The translations under genes were made by a program, and so were the position numbers. The notes under the pieces were generated by a model. That model searched no databases and had not been told where the DNA came from. It saw nothing but the letters and a program-made list of their open reading frames with translations. Below are positions 55,263 to 64,000 of a DNA stretch of 64,000 nucleotides, piece by piece (the stretch's first letter is position 1; every line of letters starts with the position of its first letter). The stretch is from Bacteroidota bacterium (lineage in GTDB: Bacteria > Bacteroidota > Ignavibacteria > UBA10030): assembly GCA_040901865.1 (NCBI GenBank), contig JBBDYD010000191.1, positions 3,242-67,241 on the forward strand. Reading direction: 5' to 3'.

Positions 55263-56510
55263 GTGAAAAAGCAACGCATTGCGGTCGCCTATTCAGGCGG
55301 GCTCGACACATCGGTCATCGTGAAATGGCTTCAGGAACGCTACAACGCCGACATCATCACGGTCACCGGTAATTTGGGGCAGAAGAAAGAAATTGTCGGC
55401 CTGGCAGACAAGGCCTACAAAATCGGCGCCAAGAAAGTGTATATTCAGGATTTGCGAGAAGAGTTTGTGGAACAGTACCTCTGGCCTTCCCTCAAGGCCG
55501 GCGCGTTGTATGAGCACACGTATCCCATGGCAACTTCCATTGGGCGCCCGTTGCTCGCCAAAGCGCTCGTGGATGTGGCGCGCCGCGAACGGTGCACGGC
55601 CGTTGCGCATGGTTGTACCGGAAAGGGAAACGATCAGGTCAGATTCGAAACGGCGGTAGCGGCACTTGCACCGGATCTCAAAGTTCTGGCGCCGTTGCGG
55701 GAATGGGAATTCAAATCGAGGGAGGAGGAAATCGCGTATTGTGAAAAACATGGAATTCCCGTCACGGCGACGAGGGAGAATCCGTACTCCATTGACGAAA
55801 ATATCTGGGGGACGAGTATTGAGTGCGGCATCCTCGAGGATCCCATGGCAGAACCGCCGGAAGATGCCTATCAGCGCACCGTTTCTCCGGCCAAAGCTCC
55901 CGATAAATCCACATACGTGACGGTGGAATTCGAAGGCGGAATTCCTATTGGATTAAACGGAAAAAGAATAAAAGGTATCGATCTGATCGACAAACTTAAT
56001 ACCATCGCCGGGGCGAACGCGGTCGGGCGGATGGACCTCATTGAAAACCGGCTCGTAGGAATCAAGTCGAGGGAAGTGTACGAAGCGCCGGGAGCGGTCA
56101 CACTGCACTTCGCACACCGGGAACTGGAACGCCTGACTCTCGAGAAGGAGGTTATGCATTTCAAAGCCAAAATCGCTCTGGATTATGCAAACCTCATCTA
56201 CAACGGCCTTTGGTTCTCGCCCCTGCGAAAAGCCCTGGACGCTTTTATTGATGAGACACAAAAGGTTGTAAATGGGATTGTCCGCCTGAAGCTCTACAAA
56301 GGGAATATCGAAATCTCGGGCAGAACTTCGCCGAATTCACTGTACGATACAAAACTTGCAACCTATACCATCGAAGATCAGTTTGATCACAAAGCCAGCG
56401 AGGGGTTCATCAAAATTTATAGTCTGCCGATCAAAACCTTTTACAGGGTTAATCGGAACGGATTTATGAAGAAACGCGTCCTTCCGAAACGTCGAAAAAC
56501 CCGAACATAG
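55263..56510 (+). CDS. argG: Argininosuccinate synthase
   Basis: 415 aa from a GTG start, with the motif AYSGGLDTS. Confidence 0.95.
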   Translation: MKKQRIAVAYSGGLDTSVIVKWLQERYNADIITVTGNLGQKKEIVGLADKAYKIGAKKVYIQDLREEFVEQYLWPSLKAGALYEHTYPMATSIGRPLLAKALVDVARRERCTAVAHGCTGKGNDQVRFETAVAALAPDLKVLAPLREWEFKSREEEIAYCEKHGIPVTATRENPYSIDENIWGTSIECGILEDPMAEPPEDAYQRTVSPAKAPDKSTYVTVEFEGGIPIGLNGKRIKGIDLIDKLNTIAGANAVGRMDLIENRLVGIKSREVYEAPGAVTLHFAHRELERLTLEKEVMHFKAKIALDYANLIYNGLWFSPLRKALDAFIDETQKVVNGIVRLKLYKGNIEISGRTSPNSLYDTKLATYTIEDQFDHKASEGFIKIYSLPIKTFYRVNRNGFMKKRVLPKRRKTRT

Positions 56511-56514
56511 CGCG

Positions 56515-58335
56515 ATGATCCAAAGGTTTCTCTTCCTCCTTCTTCCCGTTCTCACTACGCTCGCACAACCGGCTGATTCCCTTCGGCCGTTCACCGGCCC
56601 GCTCTTCCTGCGTGTTGTCATACCTGAAACGGACACGATTACAGCGCCGGTGAACCGTCACCGGATTGCGGCCAGCACCATTCCTGGCGCCAGGGCATTC
56701 GTCGGTGACAAGGAGGCGAAGGTCTATCAGAGCGGGGGATTCGCGGGGCTCGTGGAATTGCAACAGGATACCGTTGTCACAGACGTCAAAGTGATCGGTC
56801 CGGCAGGTGATTCCGTATCACGCAGGTTTATTTTTCTGAGATCGAAACCACTGCTGACTTCTCCCCATGACACGCTGGCGATCGATTCAGCCCTGATGGA
56901 ACCGGCAGTTGACCGATGGATTGGACCCGGAGATATCCTCGAGGTGAGGTTCAAAGGGAGCCCGGGGTATGAAGCATCGTTTTCCCTGGAGGGCATCCAA
57001 TCGGATATACCAATGCGGGAGCTTTCGGGTCGGGAGGCAGGAGGCCTCGAAGGAGTGTATGTTGGCCGCTATGTTGTCAATGAGGGGGATGAAGCGTTGG
57101 ATATCCGGGTGGGGTTTGAACTACGAAGGAGTTTCTGGAGCAGTGAGGAGGCCGTCTCAAAGGGAAGAGTGCGTATTCTGGCTGCGGGCACACCGAGCGT
57201 TGGGGAACTCAGGGGTCGCAGACCGTTTCTGAATGCAGGATTGGGTGACGACCGGCTGGGTGGAGCGAAGCTCGGGTATCTTGATGCCGGTGTTCGACTT
57301 GCGATCTCCGGCAAGGCCCGGGGTCAGTATAAAATCCGGCTCACTCCTTCGATGGTCGCGTGGGTGCCTGAAGAGAACATGAAGCTCCTCCCCGAGGGGA
57401 CACCGGTTCCCGCCTCGTTTGTGGGCTCGATAACGGCCTCGGGAAATTCCACAGAAGACATTATTATTGTCGGATTGAGCGATCGCCTGCCGTTCATCAC
57501 CGAACAGCAACTGAATCCCGCAGCCGTGATTGTCAATATTTTTGGGGCAACATCGAACACGAATTGGATCACGCATCATCTTTCGGCCGAGGGAATTCAG
57601 AATATTTCATGGGAACAGGCGGGGGAAGGGCATTACCGGCTGAAGATTGCCCTGACAAACCAGGCCCACTGGGGATACGATGTGTCGTATCGGGGTGGAG
57701 CGAATCTTCACATTCGGATACGCCGGCCCCCCGCCGTTACCGGCCGGGACTCTGTGTTACGGAATCTCACGATCGCGGTCGATGCGGGCCACGGTGGTGA
57801 GAACTTTGGTGCGATTGGGAGTACGGGTGCCAGGGAGCGGGATATCACGCTGGAGATGGCTTCTCAGCTTGAGCTGCTGTTGAAGAGTCGCGGGGCCAGG
57901 GTGATCATGACACGAACAGACACCAACGGAGTCTCCAATTTTGATCGTATCGAGAGGACCCTCTCATCGAAGGCACACTTGCTCGTAAGCATCCACTGCA
58001 ATTCTGTCGGACTCAATGTCGACGCCGAACGCGTTCAGGGCACGTCGACATTTTTTCATCATGCCGGATTCAAGCCCTTGGCGGACCAGATCTACGCCCG
58101 CATGCTGGAACTTGGCCTTGCCCAGTTCGGCGTGGTCGGAGGCTTCAATTTTGCCCTTAACGGGCTCACGCAACTCCCCAGCGTTCTTGTCGAGACCGCG
58201 TTTATTTCCAATCCGGACGATGAAATGAAGCTTCTGGAGAAGCCGTTTCGTGAGCAAATAGCTGCGAAAATTGTGCTTGGATTGGAAGAATTCCTGCGAA
58301 ATCAACTCACCTCCCCAACTTCTCCAGCAAAATAA
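56515..58335 (+). CDS. N-acetylmuramoyl-L-alanine amidase (Amidase_3) with a long N-terminal extension
   Basis: 606 aa with a signal peptide. C-terminal catalytic domain IAVDAGHGGEN...SIHCNS...LVETAFISNPDDE. Confidence 0.88.
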   Translation: MIQRFLFLLLPVLTTLAQPADSLRPFTGPLFLRVVIPETDTITAPVNRHRIAASTIPGARAFVGDKEAKVYQSGGFAGLVELQQDTVVTDVKVIGPAGDSVSRRFIFLRSKPLLTSPHDTLAIDSALMEPAVDRWIGPGDILEVRFKGSPGYEASFSLEGIQSDIPMRELSGREAGGLEGVYVGRYVVNEGDEALDIRVGFELRRSFWSSEEAVSKGRVRILAAGTPSVGELRGRRPFLNAGLGDDRLGGAKLGYLDAGVRLAISGKARGQYKIRLTPSMVAWVPEENMKLLPEGTPVPASFVGSITASGNSTEDIIIVGLSDRLPFITEQQLNPAAVIVNIFGATSNTNWITHHLSAEGIQNISWEQAGEGHYRLKIALTNQAHWGYDVSYRGGANLHIRIRRPPAVTGRDSVLRNLTIAVDAGHGGENFGAIGSTGARERDITLEMASQLELLLKSRGARVIMTRTDTNGVSNFDRIERTLSSKAHLLVSIHCNSVGLNVDAERVQGTSTFFHHAGFKPLADQIYARMLELGLAQFGVVGGFNFALNGLTQLPSVLVETAFISNPDDEMKLLEKPFREQIAAKIVLGLEEFLRNQLTSPTSPAK

Positions 58336-58345
58336 ATAACGGGTC

Positions 58346-58392
58346 TTGACAATTGAAACTTTTTCATGTTTATTATCGTAATAATACGATAA
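58346..58392 (+). promoter_or_regulatory. Sigma70-like promoter plus a candidate ArsR operator
   Basis: TTGACA at 58346-58351 and TATTAT at 58371-58376. Perfect inverted repeat TTATCGTA-ATAA-TACGATAA at 58373-58392, ending 5 nt before the arsR ATG. Confidence 0.55.
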
Positions 58393-58397
58393 AGAAC

Positions 58398-58730
58398 ATG
58401 CCCAAAAGTAAGTTATATCTTTTCAAGAAAACCGAAGTTCAGTTGGCAAATCTGCTTAAAGCCCTTTCTCACCCTGCGCGGATCGCCATCCTCTCGACGC
58501 TCTCCAAAAGAACCGAATGTGTTTGCGGAGAGGTCGTGAACGTCATTCCGCTTGCTCAGGCAACCGTCTCCCAGCATCTCAAGGCCCTCAAATCCGCCGG
58601 TCTGATCTCAGGAGAATTCGAGGGGCCCAAATCATCCTATTGCCTTAACTGGAAGAACATTGAGGAACTATCCTCCATGCTCGAGGACCTTGTCACAACG
58701 CTCAAAAACAATCAACAGCGATGCTGTTAG
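58398..58730 (+). CDS. arsR: ArsR/SmtB family arsenic-responsive repressor
   Basis: About 110 aa from ATG 58398. HTH LAQATVSQHLKALKSAGLI preceded by the As(III)-binding ECVCGE (CVC) motif. Confidence 0.88.
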   Translation: MPKSKLYLFKKTEVQLANLLKALSHPARIAILSTLSKRTECVCGEVVNVIPLAQATVSQHLKALKSAGLISGEFEGPKSSYCLNWKNIEELSSMLEDLVTTLKNNQQRCC

Positions 58731-59554
58731 AAAAGGATAAAACCGTGAAGAACCCTGAAGAACTCAAGATTGTTGTCAAAGAGACCTACGGGAAGATCGC
58801 ATCACAATCCCGCACACAAAATGCCTCTTCCTGTTGCGGATCCGGATCCGGGTGTGGATGCTCCGACGACGCTGTGATGGCAGAGGAATACGGGCACCTG
58901 GACGGCTACGTGCCTGAAGCCGATCTCGGCCTTGGCTGTGGAATTCCCACGGATGGTGCGGGGATCAAATCCGGCGACACGGTACTCGATCTTGGCTCCG
59001 GCGCCGGCAACGACGTTTTCGTAGCGCGCCGTATCGTCGGTGAACATGGGAGGGTGATTGGCGTGGACTTCACTGAAGAAATGATCGCCAAGGCGAATGC
59101 CAACAAGCAGAAGCTTGGTTACGCCAACGTGGGTTTCCGTATGGGAGATATTGAACAACTTCCCGTGGATACTTCCTCCGTTGACGTCGTCATCAGCAAT
59201 TGCGTTCTGAACCTCGTTCCCGATAAAACAAAGGCCTTTGCCGAAATATCCAGAGTCTTGAAGCCGGGAGGACATTTCAGTATATCCGATATCGTGGTCA
59301 CAGCGCCGCTCCCCGAGAAACTGAAGACGGTGGCGGAATTGTACGCCGGTTGCGTTTCGGGTGCAATGGTCCGAAGTGAGTACCTGAGCATCATTGAATC
59401 TGCAGGTTTTCGAAATATTCGTCTCGTAAAGGAAAAACCGATCCAGATTCCAGCGGAGGCCCTTGCTGAATATCTTTCCGACGTGGAACGCGCTGCGTAC
59501 AATGACTCAAATGTTCGTATTCAAAGCATCACCGTTATGGCGGAAAAACCATAA
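58721..59554 (+). CDS. arsM: Arsenite S-adenosylmethionine methyltransferase
   Basis: 277 aa with the N-terminal Cys cluster SSCCGSGSGCGC, SAM motif VLDLGSGAGND and conserved Cys in AGCVSGA. Confidence 0.88.
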   Translation: MLLEKDKTVKNPEELKIVVKETYGKIASQSRTQNASSCCGSGSGCGCSDDAVMAEEYGHLDGYVPEADLGLGCGIPTDGAGIKSGDTVLDLGSGAGNDVFVARRIVGEHGRVIGVDFTEEMIAKANANKQKLGYANVGFRMGDIEQLPVDTSSVDVVISNCVLNLVPDKTKAFAEISRVLKPGGHFSISDIVVTAPLPEKLKTVAELYAGCVSGAMVRSEYLSIIESAGFRNIRLVKEKPIQIPAEALAEYLSDVERAAYNDSNVRIQSITVMAEKP

Positions 59555-59555
59555 T

Positions 59556-59999
59556 ATGGTGTCCTGGTCCATTCAACGTCCGACCGCCGCCGATCTGGCG
59601 GCGATTCGTGGCCTCCTTGCCGCATCGAACCTTCCCTCTGAAGATGTTGCGGAACACCTGGATCATTTTCTTTCTGCGTGGGATGGCAAACGATTGGCTG
59701 GGGTGGTCGGAATGGAAATCCACAACACCGGAGGTTTGTTGCGTTCACTTGCCGTTGATCCGGCTTATCGCGGCACAGGTCTTGGGAAGGCACTCACGCA
59801 GAAGATTCTCTCTCATGCCATTTCGAATGGTGTGACAAACGCAGGTCTTCTAACCACAACGGCGGCGAACTTCTTTGCGAGGCATGGATTTCTGCCGATT
59901 CTCCGGGAGGAGATCCCGGAATGGATCAAAACAAGCAAGGAATACCGGCTGTACTGTCCTTCAACGGCAGTATGTATGATCAAACAACTCGCCCGGTGA
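59556..59999 (+). CDS. arsN2: ArsN2-type GNAT N-acetyltransferase
   Basis: About 147 aa from ATG 59556. LLRSLAVDPAYRGTGLGKAL...LLTTTAANFFARHGF...EYRLYCPSTAVCM. Located inside the ars operon. Confidence 0.75.
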   Translation: MVSWSIQRPTAADLAAIRGLLAASNLPSEDVAEHLDHFLSAWDGKRLAGVVGMEIHNTGGLLRSLAVDPAYRGTGLGKALTQKILSHAISNGVTNAGLLTTTAANFFARHGFLPILREEIPEWIKTSKEYRLYCPSTAVCMIKQLAR

Positions 60000-60004
60000 C
60001 AACG

Positions 60005-60424
60005 GTGAAAAAACAAGTCCTGGTATTGTGTACGGGAAACAGCTGTCGGAGTCAAATGGCCGAAGGATGGCTCAGGTACTTTGCGGGAGAAAAAGCGGAG
60101 GTCTTCAGTGCAGGGATTGAATCGCACGGATTGAACCCGCGCGCGGTAGCGGTGATGAAGGAAGTCGATATCGACATTTCTCATCATACGTCAAAGACCA
60201 TCGAGGACCTGGGTCCGAAGGAGTTCGATATCGTGATCACCGTTTGCGACAACGCCCGCGAACGATGCCCGTATTTCCCGGCCCGCGTACTGCAGTTACA
60301 TCAAGACTTTCAAGACCCGGCGAAAGCAACGGGAAGCAAGGAAGAGGTTCTTTCGGTATTCAGGTCTGTACGCGACCAAATCCGAGTCTACTGCCAAGGC
60401 TTTGTGATCAACCACTTGAAGTGA
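60005..60424 (+). CDS. arsC: Arsenate reductase, LMW-PTP (thioredoxin-coupled) family
   Basis: GTG 60005 gives VKKQVLVLCTGNSCRSQMAEG (CX5R P-loop). An alternative ATG at 59972 overlaps arsN2. Confidence 0.9.
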   Translation: MKKQVLVLCTGNSCRSQMAEGWLRYFAGEKAEVFSAGIESHGLNPRAVAVMKEVDIDISHHTSKTIEDLGPKEFDIVITVCDNARERCPYFPARVLQLHQDFQDPAKATGSKEEVLSVFRSVRDQIRVYCQGFVINHLK

Positions 60425-60429
60425 TTTTC

Positions 60430-60454
60430 AATTGCCAAACTCTCATTGGCAATT
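60430..60454 (+). terminator. Hairpin after arsC (weak terminator candidate)
   Basis: 9-bp stem AATTGCCAA/TTGGCAATT with a 7-nt loop. No strong U-tract follows. Confidence 0.4.
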
Positions 60455-60497
60455 CATTTGCCCTCCCCCCCATTTTTCCCTATCTTGAACGCAGTCC

Positions 60498-60525
60498 ACA
60501 ATCCGCAATCACCAATCCGAAATCA
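60498..60525. repeat. Tandem degenerate heptanucleotide array (NNNAATC) x4 directly upstream of argH
   Basis: CACAATC CGCAATC ACCAATC CGAAATC, with strict 7-nt periodicity. Ends 3 nt before ATG 60529. Confidence 0.6.
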
Positions 60526-60528
60526 TTT

Positions 60529-61917
60529 ATGCCCCATCAGGCCCTCTGGAGTGGTCGGTTTAAAGAGCCATTGTCGAAGATCGCTCTTAACTTCTCCAGC
60601 TCTATCGATCTTGACAAGCAGCTTTACCAGGAAGACATCGCCGGCAGTATCGCCCACGTGGAAATGTTATCTGCATGCCGCATCCTGACCGCGGCAGAGT
60701 CGCGACGAATCCGAAATTCCCTCAAGAGAATTCAAAAGGAAATCGAAACGGGGAGGTTTGAGCTTTCCGGAGATTACGAGGACGTTCATCTTGCGATCGA
60801 ACAGCGGCTGATTCAGAAGATCGGTCCTTTAGGCGGGAAATTGCACACGGGGCGGAGCAGAAACGACCAAGTGGCCCTGGACGAGCGTCTCTATTTGCGG
60901 GCAGCCATCATGGAAATCGGCAAACTGATCGTCCAGCTGCAAAGAGTGCTTCTCTACAAGGCGGAAAAGTATTTCGGTGCTCTTATGCCCGGGTATACGC
61001 ATCTTCAACGCGCCCAGCCCGTGATGCTGTCGCATCATCTGCTGGCGTATGTTTCCATGCTGGAGCGCGACTACGACCGGCTGAACGATTGCCTGAAACG
61101 GCTTAACAAGTCTCCGCTTGGAGCAGCGGCACTTGCAGGAACCTCGTTCCCTCTCGACCGCATGAAGGTTGCAAAGAAGCTCCGATTCGAGGGCATTGTG
61201 GAGAACAGCATCGACGCAGTGAGCGACCGCGATTATCTCATCGAATTTGTGTCCGCCGCGTCTCTTATCGCCGTGCACCTAAGCCGCATGGCCGAGGAGC
61301 TCGTGCTCTGGTCTACGAAGGAGTTTGCGTTTGTGCAGATCAGCGACGCCTACACCACCGGCAGCAGCATCATGCCGCAAAAGAAGAATCCCGACATGGC
61401 CGAACTGGTGCGTGGCAAATCGGGGAGGGTGTTCGGCGCACTGACGAACCTGCTAACGATCATGAAGGGACTGCCCCTCGCCTACAATCGCGACATGCAG
61501 GAAGACAAACAACCCATGTTTGACACAGTTTCGACGACACGAAACTGCCTCTTCGTTATGGCGCACATGCTCGTCCATACGGATTTCCGAAAGGATCACC
61601 TCGAAGAGGAACTTCGCAATGATTTCACGACCGCTACCGAGTTAGCAGACTATCTTGTTCGGAAAGGACTGCCGTTCCGTGATGCACATGAGGTAACCGG
61701 GAAGATCGTTTCGTATTGTATTGAACATCGGATGTACTTCGGCAACCTCGATCTCGAGACGCTGCGGTCGTTTTCAAAAGAGTTTGATGAGCACGTCTTT
61801 GAATATTTGCTTCCTCATCGGAGTGTTGAACAAAAGAAATCAGCGGGGAGTACATCACCGCAAGAAGTGAAGAAGCAGATTGTCCATTGGACAAGGGTGT
61901 TGAAGACGAGAAAGTAG
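60529..61917 (+). CDS. argH: Argininosuccinate lyase
   Basis: About 462 aa from ATG 60529 (MPHQALWSGRF). Motifs GGKLHTGRSRNDQV and GSSIMPQKKNPD. Confidence 0.95.
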   Translation: MPHQALWSGRFKEPLSKIALNFSSSIDLDKQLYQEDIAGSIAHVEMLSACRILTAAESRRIRNSLKRIQKEIETGRFELSGDYEDVHLAIEQRLIQKIGPLGGKLHTGRSRNDQVALDERLYLRAAIMEIGKLIVQLQRVLLYKAEKYFGALMPGYTHLQRAQPVMLSHHLLAYVSMLERDYDRLNDCLKRLNKSPLGAAALAGTSFPLDRMKVAKKLRFEGIVENSIDAVSDRDYLIEFVSAASLIAVHLSRMAEELVLWSTKEFAFVQISDAYTTGSSIMPQKKNPDMAELVRGKSGRVFGALTNLLTIMKGLPLAYNRDMQEDKQPMFDTVSTTRNCLFVMAHMLVHTDFRKDHLEEELRNDFTTATELADYLVRKGLPFRDAHEVTGKIVSYCIEHRMYFGNLDLETLRSFSKEFDEHVFEYLLPHRSVEQKKSAGSTSPQEVKKQIVHWTRVLKTRK

Positions 61918-61944
61918 CGGTGGGGGTAAACCCAGAGTGGTGGG

Positions 61945-63624
61945 CTACCTCTGATACCCCGGTCCCCTGAGTGCTCGCCCGGGGTAGTTCCCTGTAAAAT
62001 TGCCTTCCTCCCAAACAGAAACTCCATTCACAAGTACCAACGCAATCCCTTCCGAGTACTGATGCGGGCTCTCAAAAGTTGCTTTGTCGATCACCGTTTT
62101 TGGATCGAAAATGACGATGTCGGCATAGAATCCGGGCTTGAGAATTCCGCGCTCCCTGAGGCCAACACGCTGCGCCGGTAGCGATGTCATTTTACGAACG
62201 GCCTCCTCGAGGGAAAGCAACTTCACGTCACGGACGTAACGGCCTAGAATTCTTGGAAAACTACCGTAGGCGCGGGGATGCGGTTTGCCCCCGCTCAGGG
62301 GGCCGTCCAATGCCTGCTGTCCTCCGTCGGTGCAAAAGCTGACCCACGGTTGCGCCATGGCCATTCGTACATCCTCTTCATTCATGGAAAAGAATACTCC
62401 CCCAATGCGGCCGGAATCGGCCAACACAAGATCCAGCATGACATCCACCGGATGTTTTTTCCATTCACGGGCAATTTCACTCAACCTCATTCCTTCGTAC
62501 TTCTTGAGATCGGCGGATTGAACGCTCGCGATCAATATTCCTTCAGGCCCGGTGGCAGCAAAGGAATTGTCGGCGCCCGCTGTTTTGCCCATGACCTCGT
62601 CACGAATACGCTTCCGTGCTTCCGGGTCTCTTAGCCGATCCAGAAGTTTCTGTTCACCTCCGTCGTGTGCCCAGGATGGGATCCGCGAACTCAGCCGCGT
62701 ACTGCTGGCAGGATAGGGGTAGATGTTTGCTGTCATGTCGATCCCTGCATCGCGCTGCTTGCTGATGAAATTGACGATCGAGGCCATTGTCCCCCAATTC
62801 TGCTTTCCAGCTACCTTCAGATGCCAAATTTCCACCGGAATGGTCGCTTCGCGCCCAATATCCACCGCCTCATACAAAGCCTCCGTTTCCCTTTCGCCCT
62901 CGTCGCGAATGTGCGATATGTAAATCCCGCCGAATTGGGCCGCGATCTTGGCCAGCTCGATCAATTCTTCTGTTTTGGCAAACGCGGCTGGTGCGTATAT
63001 CAGCGAAGTGCTCAGGCCAAGAGCTCCTTGCTCCATGGCTGTTCGTACAAGTCCCTTCATCTGATCGAGCTCTTCCGGCGTGGGTGCGCGATCGTCAAGT
63101 CCGATTACATATCGCCGCACTTGCGTCGCTCCGACAAAAGTTGCCACGTTCAGTGCTGGTTTGCGTGTTTCGAGGGCCCGGAAATACCCGTCAAGATCGA
63201 TCCATTCAACGTTCACGTTATATCGCTGACTCCATGCTTTCATATCCTCCAGGATTCGGTTGTTGACCGGGGCGGCGGAATTCCCCTCGCCGGTGACCTC
63301 TGTCGTAATCCCCTGCGAGATCTTGCTCATTCCACGCGGATCGGCCAGGAGGCTTAATTCCGATTGCCCGAGCATGTCGATGAATCCGGGTGAAACCACT
63401 TTCCCCGCGGCGTCGATGACTCGATGTGCGTGGGCGTTTTTCAAAAAACCTATTGCGGCGATTTTATCCCCATGAATTCCAATGTCTCCTTTGTACCACG
63501 GATTTCCTGTTCCATCAACGACCGTTGCGTTGAGAATCAGCAAGTCGAATCGTTTGGATTGCTCTTGGCAGGAATTAAGCAGGAAAAACAACAGAGCGGC
63601 GCTGAACAGTACTCTCGTCATCAT
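61945..63624 (-). CDS. N-acyl-D-amino-acid deacylase (D-aminoacylase) family amidohydrolase, probable lipoprotein
   Basis: About 559 aa from ATG 63624 (MMTRVLFSAALLFFLLNSC). DLLILNATVVDGTGNPWYKGDIGIHGDKIAAIG and ISHIRDEG. Confidence 0.85.
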   Translation of the reverse strand: MMTRVLFSAALLFFLLNSCQEQSKRFDLLILNATVVDGTGNPWYKGDIGIHGDKIAAIGFLKNAHAHRVIDAAGKVVSPGFIDMLGQSELSLLADPRGMSKISQGITTEVTGEGNSAAPVNNRILEDMKAWSQRYNVNVEWIDLDGYFRALETRKPALNVATFVGATQVRRYVIGLDDRAPTPEELDQMKGLVRTAMEQGALGLSTSLIYAPAAFAKTEELIELAKIAAQFGGIYISHIRDEGERETEALYEAVDIGREATIPVEIWHLKVAGKQNWGTMASIVNFISKQRDAGIDMTANIYPYPASSTRLSSRIPSWAHDGGEQKLLDRLRDPEARKRIRDEVMGKTAGADNSFAATGPEGILIASVQSADLKKYEGMRLSEIAREWKKHPVDVMLDLVLADSGRIGGVFFSMNEEDVRMAMAQPWVSFCTDGGQQALDGPLSGGKPHPRAYGSFPRILGRYVRDVKLLSLEEAVRKMTSLPAQRVGLRERGILKPGFYADIVIFDPKTVIDKATFESPHQYSEGIALVLVNGVSVWEEGNFTGNYPGRALRGPGYQR

Positions 63625-63631
63625 TGGCCTC

Positions 63632-64000
63632 TCATTCGAAAGCATTCGAATTCGCCACTTCGTACAGCCCGCTGGCGACAAAGGCCAGAAGGATGATCGT
63701 CATGGCCTTCAACTCGTGGATACGCTCGCCGTTTTTCAGCCCGTAATAGCAGAGGATCCCGGGCCACCCCCAGGCCATTCCCACAAGGGAGATGATGAGA
63801 CTGATTTTGGATAGGACTAAATCCGGGTCATCCGGAAGGAGAACAGCGCCGCCGAGAGTGACAAGAATGGAAGCTACCGAGGTGAGGACAAGCGGTGCGG
63901 CGGCAAATCCAACCACAGCAATGACATTCGGCAATTCACCCAGCCCGCCCCAGAGTTCAGCAGAAAGGTGAAAGACGATGGTGAGAAAAGCCCATGTAAG
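63632..64000 (-). CDS. Polytopic membrane protein, C-terminal part (N-terminus lies beyond the window edge)
   Basis: The minus-strand frame is open from the window edge to the stop at 63632. Hydrophobic helices (IAVVGFAAAPLVLTSVASILVTLGG and IISLVGMAWGWPGILCYYG). Family not assigned. Confidence 0.55.
   Translation of the reverse strand, partial: LTWAFLTIVFHLSAELWGGLGELPNVIAVVGFAAAPLVLTSVASILVTLGGAVLLPDDPDLVLSKISLIISLVGMAWGWPGILCYYGLKNGERIHELKAMTIILLAFVASGLYEVANSNAFE

Noticed and set aside
58344-60441. The ars operon as a mobile island flanked by direct repeats
   Set aside because: The only flank similarity is about 11 nt (CAATTG..AAACT) with an indel. No integrase, transposase or tRNA target is present. 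Insertion remains possible but is unsupported here.
60244-60528. N-terminal extension of the argH ORF (the ORF track starts at 60244)
   Set aside because: The extension overlaps arsC and the intergenic hairpin and heptad array. ArgH homology begins at MPHQALWSGRF (ATG 60529).

Overview
This is a 64-kb chromosomal segment with about 56 protein-coding genes, mostly on the + strand and densely packed, with many 1-4 nt start/stop overlaps. I found no rRNA, tRNA, CRISPR array, transposase or integrase. A T9SS C-terminal sorting domain, PorV-like barrels and CarboxypepD_reg-type TonB-dependent receptors suggest an FCB-group bacterium (Ignavibacteria/Chlorobi-like); this is inference only.

Housekeeping content:
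- purH 3' end, then a complete elongasome operon (mreBCD-mrdA-rodA).
- dcd, pyrF, an Fpg/Nei glycosylase, rsgA, an ABC-F ATPase and ychF.
- An arginine cluster (argCJBF-argR-argG ... argH) preceded by tandem ARG boxes. It is interrupted by a cell-wall amidase and an arsR-arsM-arsN2-arsC operon.

Envelope and accessory content:
- Two M16 peptidase pairs and an S46 dipeptidyl-peptidase.
- A TauE/DUF1634/small-barrel/TonB-receptor-like operon.
- A secreted protein made of four repeats of an unassigned ~135-aa module.
- A 7-8 gene envelope cluster: L,D-transpeptidase, GNAT, methyltransferase, GT87-like, GT-C+TPR, TPR and an unknown protein.
- The most interesting locus: a minus-strand trio of a TonB-dependent receptor, a 1005-aa T9SS-sorted protein of unknown function and a dedicated PorV-like barrel.

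Non-coding observations: short heptad-like AATC(C/T)G repeat arrays just upstream of several start codons, a 91-nt compound hairpin, several clear intrinsic terminators, and a 794-bp divergent intergenic region.

All functional calls rest on motifs read by eye. No database search was run.
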